A stretch of DNA of 64,000 nucleotides from Candidatus Woesearchaeota archaeon (GTDB lineage Archaea > Nanobdellota > Nanobdellia > Woesearchaeales > JAGVZT01), in the NCBI GenBank assembly GCA_018263355.1, contig JAANXH010000054.1, positions 2,779 through 66,778 of the forward strand, read 5' to 3'. The position numbers and the translations under genes were made by a program. Below, in pieces: positions 48,788-59,358 of the stretch (the stretch's first letter is position 1; every line of letters starts with the position of its first letter). The notes below the pieces were generated by a model. It did no database searches. It was not told the origin of the DNA and was given only the letters and a program-made list of their open reading frames with translations.

Positions 48788-51184
48788 ATGTTAGAAAAAA
48801 TACTTAATAAATCGTATAAAACAGTAATCTCAGCATTTCCCACACCAAGTAAGGGGAAGCTTCATGCAGGTAATCTGAGAGGTATATTAATTCAAGATTA
48901 TTTAGCAAGGTTTTCTAATCTGGCAGGACAAGATACTTTTTTTCCATTTGGACTTCATCCCACAGGATTTCCAACATTTGGTCATGTTGAAACTGTTTTG
49001 TCTGATCTTGCGTATGGAACAGATGACCTTAGAAGATTTTTTTGGGATTCTGGTGACCTTGATACACTAATAAGACAATTTCCTGATATTATAGATATCT
49101 CGAGAGAGTATGGCGAGTTAAATGCAAAACTGGAAGCAGCTCAAGCTGATTCAGAAGAGATTTTGCATGAATTAGAATTACAAAAAGCAGATTTAATTCA
49201 CCAAGCAGCACTACCTGTTGTAAATTTTGTTGGGTCTAAAATGATTAGAGATCTTGAACTGTACAATGTAGATACCTCTCAGTTTGATGGAACATTTCTT
49301 ACAACAATAACTCCTTGGTATCAAGAATTTACTAAATGGTGGGTTGATAATTTGTATGAAGCTGGATTTATTAATTTTCTTGAGTCAGAAATGGGATATT
49401 GTTCTTTGTGTGATAGAACAAAAGAAGTGACATCTGATATGGATGAAGTTATTGCTGCTAATTTAGATAGCTTAAGAATTATTGGCTCACCAGAAAATAG
49501 AAGATTCAATGGAGATGTATATTGTAAAGTGTCTGGGCATAGAAATCATCTGCTTGATGTTGTCACTTCTGAAGGTTGGAAATTTATATACAATGCAGAA
49601 CTGAAAGGGGGTAAGACTCTTGCAGACTTAACCAGTGAGATGATTAGTCAAAAAGATGTGTTTATTCTGCCTAAAACTTTTCAGAACAGTATTCACTCAC
49701 TTTTTGCTAGCAGAGAACCAAAAAATATTCAAAGAGATTACTGTGAAGGACTTGGAACAGAAAGTAGGTTTTCAGATGAAGAAAATCCAATGGTAATGGG
49801 ACCTTTGATGGATAGTAATGGATACTTTTTCATGTTTGCTGTTGCAAAAGCAATATATTCTGGCTCAATTCCAGCAGACAAAGTTAATGGAGAATTCTTT
49901 GATTATGTATTGAGAACAAATCAGCAGTTAAGACAAAGAGGTTTTAAGGTCAGAAACCTCAAAGGGCGTTTGGAAAGAAAACTAGGAGTAAAAGCCTCAA
50001 CATTAAGTAATGTAAAAGAAGAGTTGCATACTAGGTTCTCTGATTGGATAAACATAATGGGTTGGGATCATAGTCAAGCTCATGCTTTGTTTAGCAATAT
50101 GCAAATTGCAGCCCAGGATCTGGGACACCTTATGCAAAATACCTTGCTTGCTTATGGAACTGTCCAGGATGCAAAAGGCCAAAAAATGGGTAAGTCTCTT
50201 GGTAATGCAGTATCCATTGACCAAATATTAGATATAGCAGAAGATAGGACTTCAATCAGATTCAAAAGATATGGGTTTGATTCTGAAAAAAGTGCAGCAG
50301 ATGTTGCAAGATTATATCTGCTTGGAAAAGAAAATCCTGTTAAGGACTTAAGATTTGATTCACAAGCTCTTGAAAGATTTGGAGAAACATTACTCTGGGT
50401 TATTGACCAATTCGAAACATATAAACCACAAGGAAAATTCCCACATGAAGACAATATTGATATGTGGTTAATGTCTAAAGTAAGAATGAGAATTGAATCT
50501 GTTGCTGAGTTGAACACAGACTTAAAAATCCACAAATCTTATGAAGAACTATTTTTTGACCAGCAAGGACGTATGTTGGATGATATTGCTCAATACCATA
50601 GGATGAAATCTGACTCTGATCTTAAAACAAATAGAGTAATAATTAAAAAGTATTGGCAGGCATTTGCTCAGTTAGCAAGTCCTTTTATACCTTATGTTGC
50701 TGGTCAAATTGGCAGGCAAGTTGGATTAAAACCCAATAACCAAAATAGGCCAGGAGATCTAATCACAGATTTTGAAAGAAACATAGAGCTTGAACAGATT
50801 GTTGATCTGTCAGGAGGTAATTTTAATTATGAAACTATAAGCGCTGAGGATAAAAAGAGATTAGCTCCAGTATGGAGAGACTATGCTGGAGAAGTCGCAA
50901 AACAATTGACAATAAGATTGAGTAAAGAAGTTTTAGGTGAGAGAAAAGAATTACAGCACGTGAATATACGTGTTCAAGATCAAGTAATTGCAGAAATCTT
51001 AGGACAAGAATTAGAGCTTGTTGATGTGTATGATTATTTAAAGCTAACAAGCGGAGCTTCACGTGGTTTAAGAACACACCTGCGTGAAAAAAACCCAGAT
51101 GAAAAATATCCTCACGTTGATTTGATTATTAATGATGTGCCGCAAGGCACAACTTATGAGATTGAGCCAGTCTATGCTAACTGA
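48788..51184 (+). CDS. class I aminoacyl-tRNA synthetase, LeuRS-like, with divergent HIGH motif (start moved to MLEKILNK)
   Basis: FPTPSKGKLHAGNLRG (HIGH-like, second His replaced by Asn); QKMGKSLGN (KMSKS); about 798 aa; TGA stop. Confidence 0.6.
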   Translation: MLEKILNKSYKTVISAFPTPSKGKLHAGNLRGILIQDYLARFSNLAGQDTFFPFGLHPTGFPTFGHVETVLSDLAYGTDDLRRFFWDSGDLDTLIRQFPDIIDISREYGELNAKLEAAQADSEEILHELELQKADLIHQAALPVVNFVGSKMIRDLELYNVDTSQFDGTFLTTITPWYQEFTKWWVDNLYEAGFINFLESEMGYCSLCDRTKEVTSDMDEVIAANLDSLRIIGSPENRRFNGDVYCKVSGHRNHLLDVVTSEGWKFIYNAELKGGKTLADLTSEMISQKDVFILPKTFQNSIHSLFASREPKNIQRDYCEGLGTESRFSDEENPMVMGPLMDSNGYFFMFAVAKAIYSGSIPADKVNGEFFDYVLRTNQQLRQRGFKVRNLKGRLERKLGVKASTLSNVKEELHTRFSDWINIMGWDHSQAHALFSNMQIAAQDLGHLMQNTLLAYGTVQDAKGQKMGKSLGNAVSIDQILDIAEDRTSIRFKRYGFDSEKSAADVARLYLLGKENPVKDLRFDSQALERFGETLLWVIDQFETYKPQGKFPHEDNIDMWLMSKVRMRIESVAELNTDLKIHKSYEELFFDQQGRMLDDIAQYHRMKSDSDLKTNRVIIKKYWQAFAQLASPFIPYVAGQIGRQVGLKPNNQNRPGDLITDFERNIELEQIVDLSGGNFNYETISAEDKKRLAPVWRDYAGEVAKQLTIRLSKEVLGERKELQHVNIRVQDQVIAEILGQELELVDVYDYLKLTSGASRGLRTHLREKNPDEKYPHVDLIINDVPQGTTYEIEPVYAN

Positions 51185-51627
51185 ACTCTTCTAGCCTTTG
51201 GAACATAATTCAAAACCCTATTTCCAATCTGTTTTCCACAGCCCACAAAATCATCTTTATGTTTTATCAAAACAAAAGAATGATTCTTATTTTTAGCTTC
51301 AAGTTCTTCACCATTAAGCCAGCCTTGAAGCTGCCAATCACTAATTTCTAAAATATTTTTTTCAGCCAAAGGCCCAACAATCATAGAACCTTCAATACTA
51401 AGCCTAATCTCATTATTTTTAATATGACCAAAATACATACCCACATTATTTATCCTAAGTTTAGTAAAATCAATTTTTCCTAAAGTTCTGGACACAACAT
51501 AAATCTTGAATTTTTTTTTAAGAAAAGCAAGATTCAAATCAAGCCTCACGCCCCACTGTTTTTCAATAAGATTATTTATCTCTTTTACATCCCTTGTATT
51601 GAGAATTTTATATCTCATATTCCCCAC
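51172..51627 (-). CDS. PUA-like small protein (Nip7-like, tentative)
   Basis: 151 aa; GMYFG..RLSIEG..GCGK..NYVPKARR. Confidence 0.4.
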   Translation of the reverse strand: MGNMRYKILNTRDVKEINNLIEKQWGVRLDLNLAFLKKKFKIYVVSRTLGKIDFTKLRINNVGMYFGHIKNNEIRLSIEGSMIVGPLAEKNILEISDWQLQGWLNGEELEAKNKNHSFVLIKHKDDFVGCGKQIGNRVLNYVPKARRVQLA

Positions 51628-53387
51628 AAAGAATCTTTTTCTCTCATTTTTTTTGCAATTTCTTTTAGCAAACCAATTTGCACTGAGTTAAGATTATTCT
51701 TCAGGCTCTTCATTCTCCTATATTCTTTTTCAGAAACATATGAAAATAAAACATCTCCTTCATTAATCTGTCTTCCAACAGTAACATTTTCAAGAGAAAT
51801 TGCAACCTGCATTCCAGCTTTTGCTTCCTGGATATTTTTCTTTTCATGCTGGATAGTCTTTACATAAGAAAGTGGCTCTGTATTTTTCATTAATTGCTGA
51901 TTTAAAGTAAGCAATCCACTAACAACTTCAACTCCAACAACAGCAGGATTACTCTGCCTAAAAACATAGCCTTTCAATAATCTAATCTTGCATGGGTTAA
52001 CAGCATCAGCCATTTCAGCTGACTTTTTGGCCTCTTTTTCCTTTTTTATCCATTCTTTATAATCAATAATCAGCTTGTAAATAATTGAATCACTAATAAT
52101 TGGTACTTCCAGCTTTTCAGCCAGCTCTTGTGCTTCCTTATTCATCTTAATATTAAATGCAAGCATTATTGCAGTTAAAGGATCAGTTTCCTGATTAGCA
52201 TGTACATCCATGATATCTTTTTTAGTAATCTGTCCAATAGATGCTTTTCTGATTGGGATATCTTCTTTTCCTAGCAAGTTAATCAAAGCTTCAAGAGAAC
52301 CAAGATTATCTGCTTTTACCACAATACCTGCTTGATCAGTTTCAATTAAAACATCATTAACCTCGTTTTTAACCTGTTTTTGTATTTCTTCCAAATCTGC
52401 AGAAGTAGCTTCTCTAAGAGGCATACCAGCAACAACATTGTCCAAATCTGGCGCCACAATCTTTACACCAGTTGCAGCAATAATTTTGTCAACATGCAAA
52501 AACTTTGTTTTCTTATCTCTCATCTCTTCTAAGGGTTTTGGGATAAGCAGTGCTCTAACCTTTGTTGTCAAAGGCTTATTTACACCACCAATAACAATAA
52601 GATCATTTACATTTAGGGTCCCATCATAAATAATTGCATCAGCTGTAACACCCAGTCCTTTTTCTTCTTTAACTTCAAGTATTGTTCCAGATGCAGGACC
52701 CTCAACTTCACACTCTAGACATTGATTAAGATATTTTTGAGACAAACCTGTTAAAACCATAAGCAGTTCAGGAATACCCATCCCAGTCATAGCAGAAACC
52801 GGAACAATCCCAACTTTTTTTGTATAATCATCAACCCTATCAAACCTTTCAGAATCAAAACCATATTCAGCCAGCTTGCCAACAATCTCATAAATCTTCA
52901 TATCAAGTTTTTCTTTAATCTTTGGATATTGGTTATTAATATCTTTCATCAGCTTGCCATGCTTTGGCTGCCATCCAGAAAGCAAATCAAGTTTATTAGC
53001 AGCAATAATAAATGGGGTCTTGGTATTTTTTAAAATCTTAATAGTTTCATGTGTTTGTGGTTTAAAACCATCATTAATATCAATAACAACAACAGCAATA
53101 TCTGCCAGACTTCCTCCTCTTTTTCTCAGACTAGTAAATGCCTCGTGTCCAGGAGTATCAATAAAAAGTAGACCAGGAATAGTAAGTTTCAAATTAAGTT
53201 GTTCAAGTAATTCCCCACATACATTTTGCAAAGTTTCAACTGGAATAATTGATGCTCCTATTGCCTGAGTAATGCCTCCAGATTCTCCCTTCTGGATAGC
53301 AGTACCTCTAATCTTATCCAGCAATAAAGTCTTTCCATGATCCACATGCCCAAGTACTACACATATAGGGCTTCTAATATCTGCCAT
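51615..53387 (-). CDS. infB: translation initiation factor aIF5B (IF2 family GTPase)
   Basis: GHVDHGKTLLLD, DTPGH, NKLD; four-domain length 590 aa. Confidence 0.9.
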   Translation of the reverse strand: MADIRSPICVVLGHVDHGKTLLLDKIRGTAIQKGESGGITQAIGASIIPVETLQNVCGELLEQLNLKLTIPGLLFIDTPGHEAFTSLRKRGGSLADIAVVVIDINDGFKPQTHETIKILKNTKTPFIIAANKLDLLSGWQPKHGKLMKDINNQYPKIKEKLDMKIYEIVGKLAEYGFDSERFDRVDDYTKKVGIVPVSAMTGMGIPELLMVLTGLSQKYLNQCLECEVEGPASGTILEVKEEKGLGVTADAIIYDGTLNVNDLIVIGGVNKPLTTKVRALLIPKPLEEMRDKKTKFLHVDKIIAATGVKIVAPDLDNVVAGMPLREATSADLEEIQKQVKNEVNDVLIETDQAGIVVKADNLGSLEALINLLGKEDIPIRKASIGQITKKDIMDVHANQETDPLTAIMLAFNIKMNKEAQELAEKLEVPIISDSIIYKLIIDYKEWIKKEKEAKKSAEMADAVNPCKIRLLKGYVFRQSNPAVVGVEVVSGLLTLNQQLMKNTEPLSYVKTIQHEKKNIQEAKAGMQVAISLENVTVGRQINEGDVLFSYVSEKEYRRMKSLKNNLNSVQIGLLKEIAKKMREKDSLWGI

Positions 53388-53834
53388 ACTTAGCTAGAAC
53401 TAAAAACCATTTTTAAATCTTATCAAAATAACATGTGCATATTTAATAGATTTGGATTCTAATGATTCGCAACTGAAATTTTTAACAACAACACAGGCAC
53501 AGACGGATTTTTCGTTAAAAAATCCTACTCAGCTACGCTTCGCCTAGCCAATGTTGTTAAAATTTGAATGTTTTAGAAGCTTTAAGGTAGTGTCAACTAG
53601 TGTTGCAGGTTTTTTATTAGCTCCGTGACAAGATGAAGTCGAACAGGTTCCTCTACAAAGTGGAGGGTTCTGTTCGATGGAATAAGACTTTAAAACAAAG
53701 TCTGTCTTTGTCATGGAGGAGATAATAAAACTATTACTTCATAGTTTGACATTGCAGAAAATTCCTTTGCTAGAATACAGGATTATTCATATGATTATAG
53801 AATTAATTAAAAGTATTCATATGTTTTGATGTGA

Positions 53835-53853
53835 GTCCCAGTCCCGGCGTTTT
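53835..53853. repeat. short motif family C copy 1 (gtcccagtcccggcgtttt)
   Basis: 17/19 identical to 56426-56444. Confidence 0.3.
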
Positions 53854-53897
53854 ACTTTCTGTTAAAAACCCTTGAAAAAACAAAACATTTATATAGT

Positions 53898-54518
53898 TTG
53901 GTTACCCAATTGGTAACCATGTATAAAGAAATACCTCAATATGGATTGAGAGCCTATGCAATGTTATTCTCCAAATACGGCTCAAAAGAATCTTTTAGCC
54001 AATCAGAATTGGACTGGATAGTTGGCAAGAGCATGAAAAAAAAGATATTCGCGTTATTATTAAATTCAGGCTGGATCAAAAAAACATCAAGAGCAAAATA
54101 CAAATGCAATGACCCAAGAGAGATAATGAAGGGTTTGTTGGAATTCAAGGTCCCAGAAATCATGAAAAAATCAAAAAGAGATTACGCATTCACAAATTTG
54201 TCTGCTGTAGAGATCTGGTCTGATTACTCATATGTGCAAAGGGGTATGGAAAAATCACCTTATTTTATTAAAGTGTTGAAACATGATTTGGATTATTGGA
54301 AAAATTTCTTCAATAAAAACAATATCCCAAACTATGTTAATAAAGGGTCAACAGTTGGAGAGTATGTGATTTTAGTACCTGCAGAGCAAATTAATGCAAC
54401 AGAAAGGCATGGTTTAAGAGTAGAAAAATTGGGCAACACAATGGAGATTGCCAAATCAAATGAGATATACTTATATGCTTACAACTATATGAGAGAGAAG
54501 TATCATGCTGCAGTTTAG
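53898..54518 (+). CDS. winged-helix protein, possible AbiEi-like partner of the downstream nucleotidyltransferase
   Basis: SQSELDWIVGKSMKKKIFALLLNSGWIKK HTH-like; 14-nt overlap with next gene. Confidence 0.4.
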   Translation: MVTQLVTMYKEIPQYGLRAYAMLFSKYGSKESFSQSELDWIVGKSMKKKIFALLLNSGWIKKTSRAKYKCNDPREIMKGLLEFKVPEIMKKSKRDYAFTNLSAVEIWSDYSYVQRGMEKSPYFIKVLKHDLDYWKNFFNKNNIPNYVNKGSTVGEYVILVPAEQINATERHGLRVEKLGNTMEIAKSNEIYLYAYNYMREKYHAAV

Positions 54519-55182
54519 AGAAAAAGAGATATTTGAATCAATCAAAAAGTTGGGAAAAAACAAATTTGTTATTATTGGGGGCTATGCAGTCAGTGCATAC
54601 ACTTTTCCTAGATTCTCAGTGGATTGTGACATTGTAGTTAAGGAAGAGTCTGAAGCAAAAAGTATAGAGGAATTACTCGTTGATATGCAGTACAAAAAGG
54701 TATCGGATAATTTTAGTGTTCCTTATAAAGGCTATTTTCATAGATTTGAAAAAAAGATTGAACAGGGATTCATCGTAAGCATGGATGTTCTCATCAGGGA
54801 AGTTCTTGACAGGCAGACAAATAGTGTTTTTTCTGCTGCTTGGATTTTTGACAATTCCAGGATAAAAACATTAAGAGGGAAAACCATAACTAAGAAAATA
54901 AAATCCAGGATTATTGACATTGATGCCCTATTTGTCATGAAAATGATAAGCTGCCGTTCAACAGATATAAGAGATTTATTTATGTTGGCTCCTGACTTGG
55001 ACAACCTGGAATGGGTAAAACAGGAGGTTTCAAAAAGGTATGAGCTGACTAGCAGACATATAAAAATAAAAGAAAAAGTGGAATCTAAACAGTTCAGGGA
55101 TGGTCTACAGGGAGTATTTGGACGTATTGATGACGAGCTGTTTGAGAAGCATATGCAAGCGCTTTTAAGTGTGAAAGATTAG
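54505..55182 (+). CDS. nucleotidyltransferase-fold protein, AbiEii/DUF1814-like (tentative)
   Basis: IIGGYAVSAYTFPRFSVDCDIVV matches GG..(n)..RFSxDxD NTase signature. Confidence 0.45.
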   Translation: MLQFREKEIFESIKKLGKNKFVIIGGYAVSAYTFPRFSVDCDIVVKEESEAKSIEELLVDMQYKKVSDNFSVPYKGYFHRFEKKIEQGFIVSMDVLIREVLDRQTNSVFSAAWIFDNSRIKTLRGKTITKKIKSRIIDIDALFVMKMISCRSTDIRDLFMLAPDLDNLEWVKQEVSKRYELTSRHIKIKEKVESKQFRDGLQGVFGRIDDELFEKHMQALLSVKD

Positions 55183-55326
55183 AAGACAAAAAAATTAATG
55201 AAGTAGGCATCAGAAACTGCTTTCTGCATAAGGAGAAAATCAAGATTTTTTCGGAATTGAAAATGCACGGCATTTTGAATAACACGTCCGAGGCGCAGTC
55301 CCACCGTTCTACAACTAAACATTCAA

Positions 55327-56343
55327 TTATGGTGAATACCTTACAATAACTTTCCCAGGATAATCTACTTTTCCCCTAGCCATATCCATTATTAGTTTTG
55401 GAAATTCATGAAATTGAATTTGCTTAGAAATAAGCTTGTTAACAGGTAAATCATCTAATATATTAAAAACACTTTTGAAATCATCTGGTCCACTACCATA
55501 TGCTCCTGTTAAATTAATAATTTTTCCTTTATAATTTATTGTTTTCAATAATTCATTTCTTCTGATTGTATCAATATTCACTTCTGTATCCAGAAATTTG
55601 TGATCTGATCTTGTCCCTCCATACAAATGGATAAAACCATCTGACTTTACACATTCATATGCCATTTTCAAACTTTTTGGTGTAATTATTGTTATTGTAA
55701 CAATCACTATATCAAATTCAAATTTTGAATAATCAGAAAATTTAAAGACCTCATCTTTTTCAAAGATTTTTTGGGCAAATTGAATTCTTCCATCATCAAT
55801 ATTAAATAACTTAACAGATGCACCTTTTCTTTTTGCAAATAAACCTAACATTGTGCCAGCATTTCCAGCACCAATTATAGCAATCTTCTTACTTTTTATG
55901 GGTCCAGTATACCCAATTAACTTTTCCAATGAATGGTAAGTAGCAGATAAAGGTTCCACAAGTATTGTTTTTTGTTTATCTAACTTTCTATCATAAGGAA
56001 TAACTGCTTGTTTTAATATATTTTTGGGAGCTTTGAGAATCATATAGTCTGCAAATCCTGTTGTTCTATTTGGTGTAACATTTGGATTAAAAGTAACCAA
56101 TTGATTCTCTTTAAATCCTGTATCTTTACCTGCAAAAGTAATAATTCCATTAAGCTCATGACCAAATAATGGTCCTCTATCTTCAGCTATATCTCTAGAA
56201 TCTGATACTTCCTTAACATCTGCCCTGCAAATACCAGAAAGAAATATCTTTATGAATATTGTATCCTCATCTGGATTGGGTAAATCATTAATAACAATTT
56301 TCACTTGACCGTTTGTCAATTCAGCTGATTTATATTTAGTCAT
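55327..56343 (-). CDS. zinc-dependent medium-chain dehydrogenase (threonine/sorbitol dehydrogenase-like)
   Basis: GICRADV catalytic Zn region; Rossmann IAIIGAGNAGTML. Confidence 0.65.
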   Translation of the reverse strand: MTKYKSAELTNGQVKIVINDLPNPDEDTIFIKIFLSGICRADVKEVSDSRDIAEDRGPLFGHELNGIITFAGKDTGFKENQLVTFNPNVTPNRTTGFADYMILKAPKNILKQAVIPYDRKLDKQKTILVEPLSATYHSLEKLIGYTGPIKSKKIAIIGAGNAGTMLGLFAKRKGASVKLFNIDDGRIQFAQKIFEKDEVFKFSDYSKFEFDIVIVTITIITPKSLKMAYECVKSDGFIHLYGGTRSDHKFLDTEVNIDTIRRNELLKTINYKGKIINLTGAYGSGPDDFKSVFNILDDLPVNKLISKQIQFHEFPKLIMDMARGKVDYPGKVIVRYSP

Positions 56344-56425
56344 ACTTGACTCATATTAAAGGTAATATAAATACTTAATTATTTATACACTCAACCCCTG
56401 AATTATATTGCAATTAAGAGTACTC

Positions 56426-56444
56426 TTCCAGTCCCAGCGTTTTT
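56426..56444. repeat. short motif family C copy 2 (ttccagtcccagcgttttt)
   Basis: matches 53835-53853. Confidence 0.3.
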
Positions 56445-56612
56445 TTCGGTTTTCAGGCCGTTATTAGCTATTGGCTGTTGGTTTTACTTCCTCCAGTTTA
56501 TGCCAGGACTCTTACTTGCTTTAAGGTCCGTTGGTAAATGAATGTTGTGTAACTGGTAGCATTATGTGTTCTTTAATAATTGATGAGTAAAAGCTAATAA
56601 AAGATGTTGCCA

Positions 56613-57371
56613 TTAAGTTCTTGTGGTAATTTTCATACCATCATAGCGGAAAGTGACAGTGTAACTTCCATTAGGTTCCATTTCCCATTCATTTGGAAGC
56701 TTGCGCTGTAAAAAGTGCTCCTCTACTCTTTTTGCTAAGTTTGGATTATTTTCCTTTACAAAGCTATGATAATTTTCACCAACTTCTCTGCTTGATTGAG
56801 AAATATCACCTGTGACAATATCTAATTGGTCAGGAACAAAACTAATGTAGGCTAACCAGGTAGGAAGCTTCAGACCTGCTTGAACAGCTTTTGCTTTTTG
56901 GGCTTGGTCATATTGACCATCTCTGCAAACTCCTTCAATAACATGATTAAATGCACTTACAGCCTCTATAGGAAAACCAAGAGCCAACCCAATTTCTTCA
57001 TCAGAATCTGCAGTCAGTAATCTTTCAAGAGCAACTTGGTCTGAGCCAATATAAGCTTTATGAAGCATTCTTCTCCAAACCTTATTTACTCTTCCATCTG
57101 AATCATAACCCGTTTGGTCCTTGGATTCAGTCCAATGCTTACTAGCAATTCCATTATTGCCAAGAATTTCCTCAAACTTAACTATAGCATCTGGTCTTGC
57201 ACGATAAAGTTTCATAGGAACTCCAAGTTCTGGTTCTTCAATAAGTTCTGGTTCTTGTCCAATTCTTTGGTCTATGGGGTCAAGTCCTATTATTGCAGCT
57301 GGTTTTAGTCCATTAACTACAAGATATAGATTCAATTCGTCTCTCACAGATAGAATATCTTTGGCTGCCAT
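56613..57371 (-). CDS. hypothetical protein
   Basis: 252 aa complete ORF, no motif recognised; appears locally less AT-rich. Confidence 0.5.
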   Translation of the reverse strand: MAAKDILSVRDELNLYLVVNGLKPAAIIGLDPIDQRIGQEPELIEEPELGVPMKLYRARPDAIVKFEEILGNNGIASKHWTESKDQTGYDSDGRVNKVWRRMLHKAYIGSDQVALERLLTADSDEEIGLALGFPIEAVSAFNHVIEGVCRDGQYDQAQKAKAVQAGLKLPTWLAYISFVPDQLDIVTGDISQSSREVGENYHSFVKENNPNLAKRVEEHFLQRKLPNEWEMEPNGSYTVTFRYDGMKITTRT

Positions 57372-57553
57372 ATAAGCTATTGAGTATTTATTGTTTATAA
57401 ATCTTTCGTTTTTTAACTACTATGTGATGACTACTTACTAGAAAATGTTTTTTATCCATGATATTTCAAAAATATTCACTAATAGACTCTAAGCCTGTGA
57501 CTATTTTAGAGTGGTCAGTTTAACTTATAAACTATTACTTCCAATCAAGATTT

Positions 57554-59284
57554 ATGTTTCAGCAATTTAAGGATAGTTCAGAAAACAAGCACGAATCCAT
57601 AGCATACTTTACAATGGAAATTGGTATAAGCCACAGTGTTCCAACTTATTCTGGTGGATTAGGTGTGCTTGCTGGAGATTTAATGAAAGCATATGCTGAT
57701 CTTAAAATACCAGTTGTTTGCATAACTTTGCTAAATGAAAAAGGATATTTTCACCAAAAAATAGACCCTCAAGGCAATCAGATTGAGGAGCCTGTAAATT
57801 GGAATCCAAGTGATTTCATGGTGCCTCTGCCAAATATTGTAATCATAAACATTGATGGAAGAGAAGTAAAAGTCAAGGCTTGGAAATATCAGGTTCATGG
57901 AATCACTGGCAACAATCTCACTGTATATTTTCTTGATACTAATATTGAGGGAAACTCTGATTATGACAAAACCCTTACTTCTTTTCTGTATGGGGGAGAT
58001 AGAGCATACAGAATCGCACAGGAGATGATTTTAGGTATTGCAGGAGTCAAGATGTTAAGATCATTAGGATACAACATAAAAAAGTATCATATGAATGAGG
58101 GTCATGCATCTCTTCTTGTAATTGAGCTTCTCAAAGAAATGCAAAATCGAGAACTTAGAGATCCTTCTCCAAATGAACTTGAAAAAGTAAAGAGCAAATG
58201 CATCTTTACAACCCATACACCTGTTGCAGCAGGTCATGATCGTTTTGATACAAAACTCTTCAAAACAATTACAAACAACTATGTGCCAGATATAATGCTT
58301 AAAAAAGCACAGCATGATAATCAAGTCAACATGACCTTGTTTGCCCTTAATTACAGTCATTATATTAATGGTGTAGCTAAAAGACATGGCCAAATAACCA
58401 AAAAGATGTTTAGGGGATTTCATGTTGATTCAATAACAAACGGGATTCATCCAGCTACATGGATATCTAAACCTTTTAAGTCAATGTTTGATAAACACAT
58501 TCCGGGCTGGCCTGTTGATCCATTCAGTCTTAGAAATGCACTTTCTATTAAAAAAGATGATTTTTGGAATGCACACCAGCAGGCCAAGAAGCAGTTAATA
58601 GATCAGATAAATACTAGAACAAACAGTGGGTTTGAGTTGACAAGATTCACAATAGGTTATGCAAGAAGATTTACAGAGTACAAAAGACCTTCTTTGCTGC
58701 TTCATGATATTGATTGGCTAAAAGCAATGGCTCAAAGAGTAGGAGATATCCAGATAGTTTTTGCTGGAAAGGCTCACAGCCAAGATACAAGAGGAAAGGA
58801 ATTGATTAGAGAAGTTTTCCAGACTGCCCAGCAAATTAATAGTCAAAATTGTAAGATCAAAATTGCTTTCCTTGAAAATTATAATATCCAGCTTGCCAAA
58901 TTTTTAGTAGCAGGATGTGATGTATGGTTAAACAATCCTCAAAGACCCTATGAAGCCTCAGGCACAAGTGGAATGAAAGCTGCACTTAATGGAGTGCCTC
59001 AAATATCTACTCTTGATGGTTGGTGGCTAGAAGGTCATATTGAAAATGTAACTGGTTGGAGCATTGGTCCTCATCAACAAGACCCAGAATTTAGTAATGA
59101 TTATGATATGAAAGATGAAGTCAAGGACCTTTATGAGAAACTGGAAAAAGTTATTATCCCAACTTTTTATGGGGACAGGGATAAATGGGTAGAGATTATG
59201 AAGCACTGTGTTGCAATTAACGGCAGTTTTTTCAACACTCATAGAATGGCAGAGCAATATATTTCAAACGCTTATATTGATTGA
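57554..59284 (+). CDS. alpha-glucan phosphorylase (GT35), short archaeal form
   Basis: YFTMEIG..YSGGLGVLAGD; PLP site EASGTSGMKAALNG. Confidence 0.85.
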   Translation: MFQQFKDSSENKHESIAYFTMEIGISHSVPTYSGGLGVLAGDLMKAYADLKIPVVCITLLNEKGYFHQKIDPQGNQIEEPVNWNPSDFMVPLPNIVIINIDGREVKVKAWKYQVHGITGNNLTVYFLDTNIEGNSDYDKTLTSFLYGGDRAYRIAQEMILGIAGVKMLRSLGYNIKKYHMNEGHASLLVIELLKEMQNRELRDPSPNELEKVKSKCIFTTHTPVAAGHDRFDTKLFKTITNNYVPDIMLKKAQHDNQVNMTLFALNYSHYINGVAKRHGQITKKMFRGFHVDSITNGIHPATWISKPFKSMFDKHIPGWPVDPFSLRNALSIKKDDFWNAHQQAKKQLIDQINTRTNSGFELTRFTIGYARRFTEYKRPSLLLHDIDWLKAMAQRVGDIQIVFAGKAHSQDTRGKELIREVFQTAQQINSQNCKIKIAFLENYNIQLAKFLVAGCDVWLNNPQRPYEASGTSGMKAALNGVPQISTLDGWWLEGHIENVTGWSIGPHQQDPEFSNDYDMKDEVKDLYEKLEKVIIPTFYGDRDKWVEIMKHCVAINGSFFNTHRMAEQYISNAYID

Positions 59285-59358
59285 TTCTTATTTAGATTTT
59301 GCAAGGTCAGCAAGAGGATTTCAATATAATTTGACTAATAGTTTTGGCCAACAGGCGT

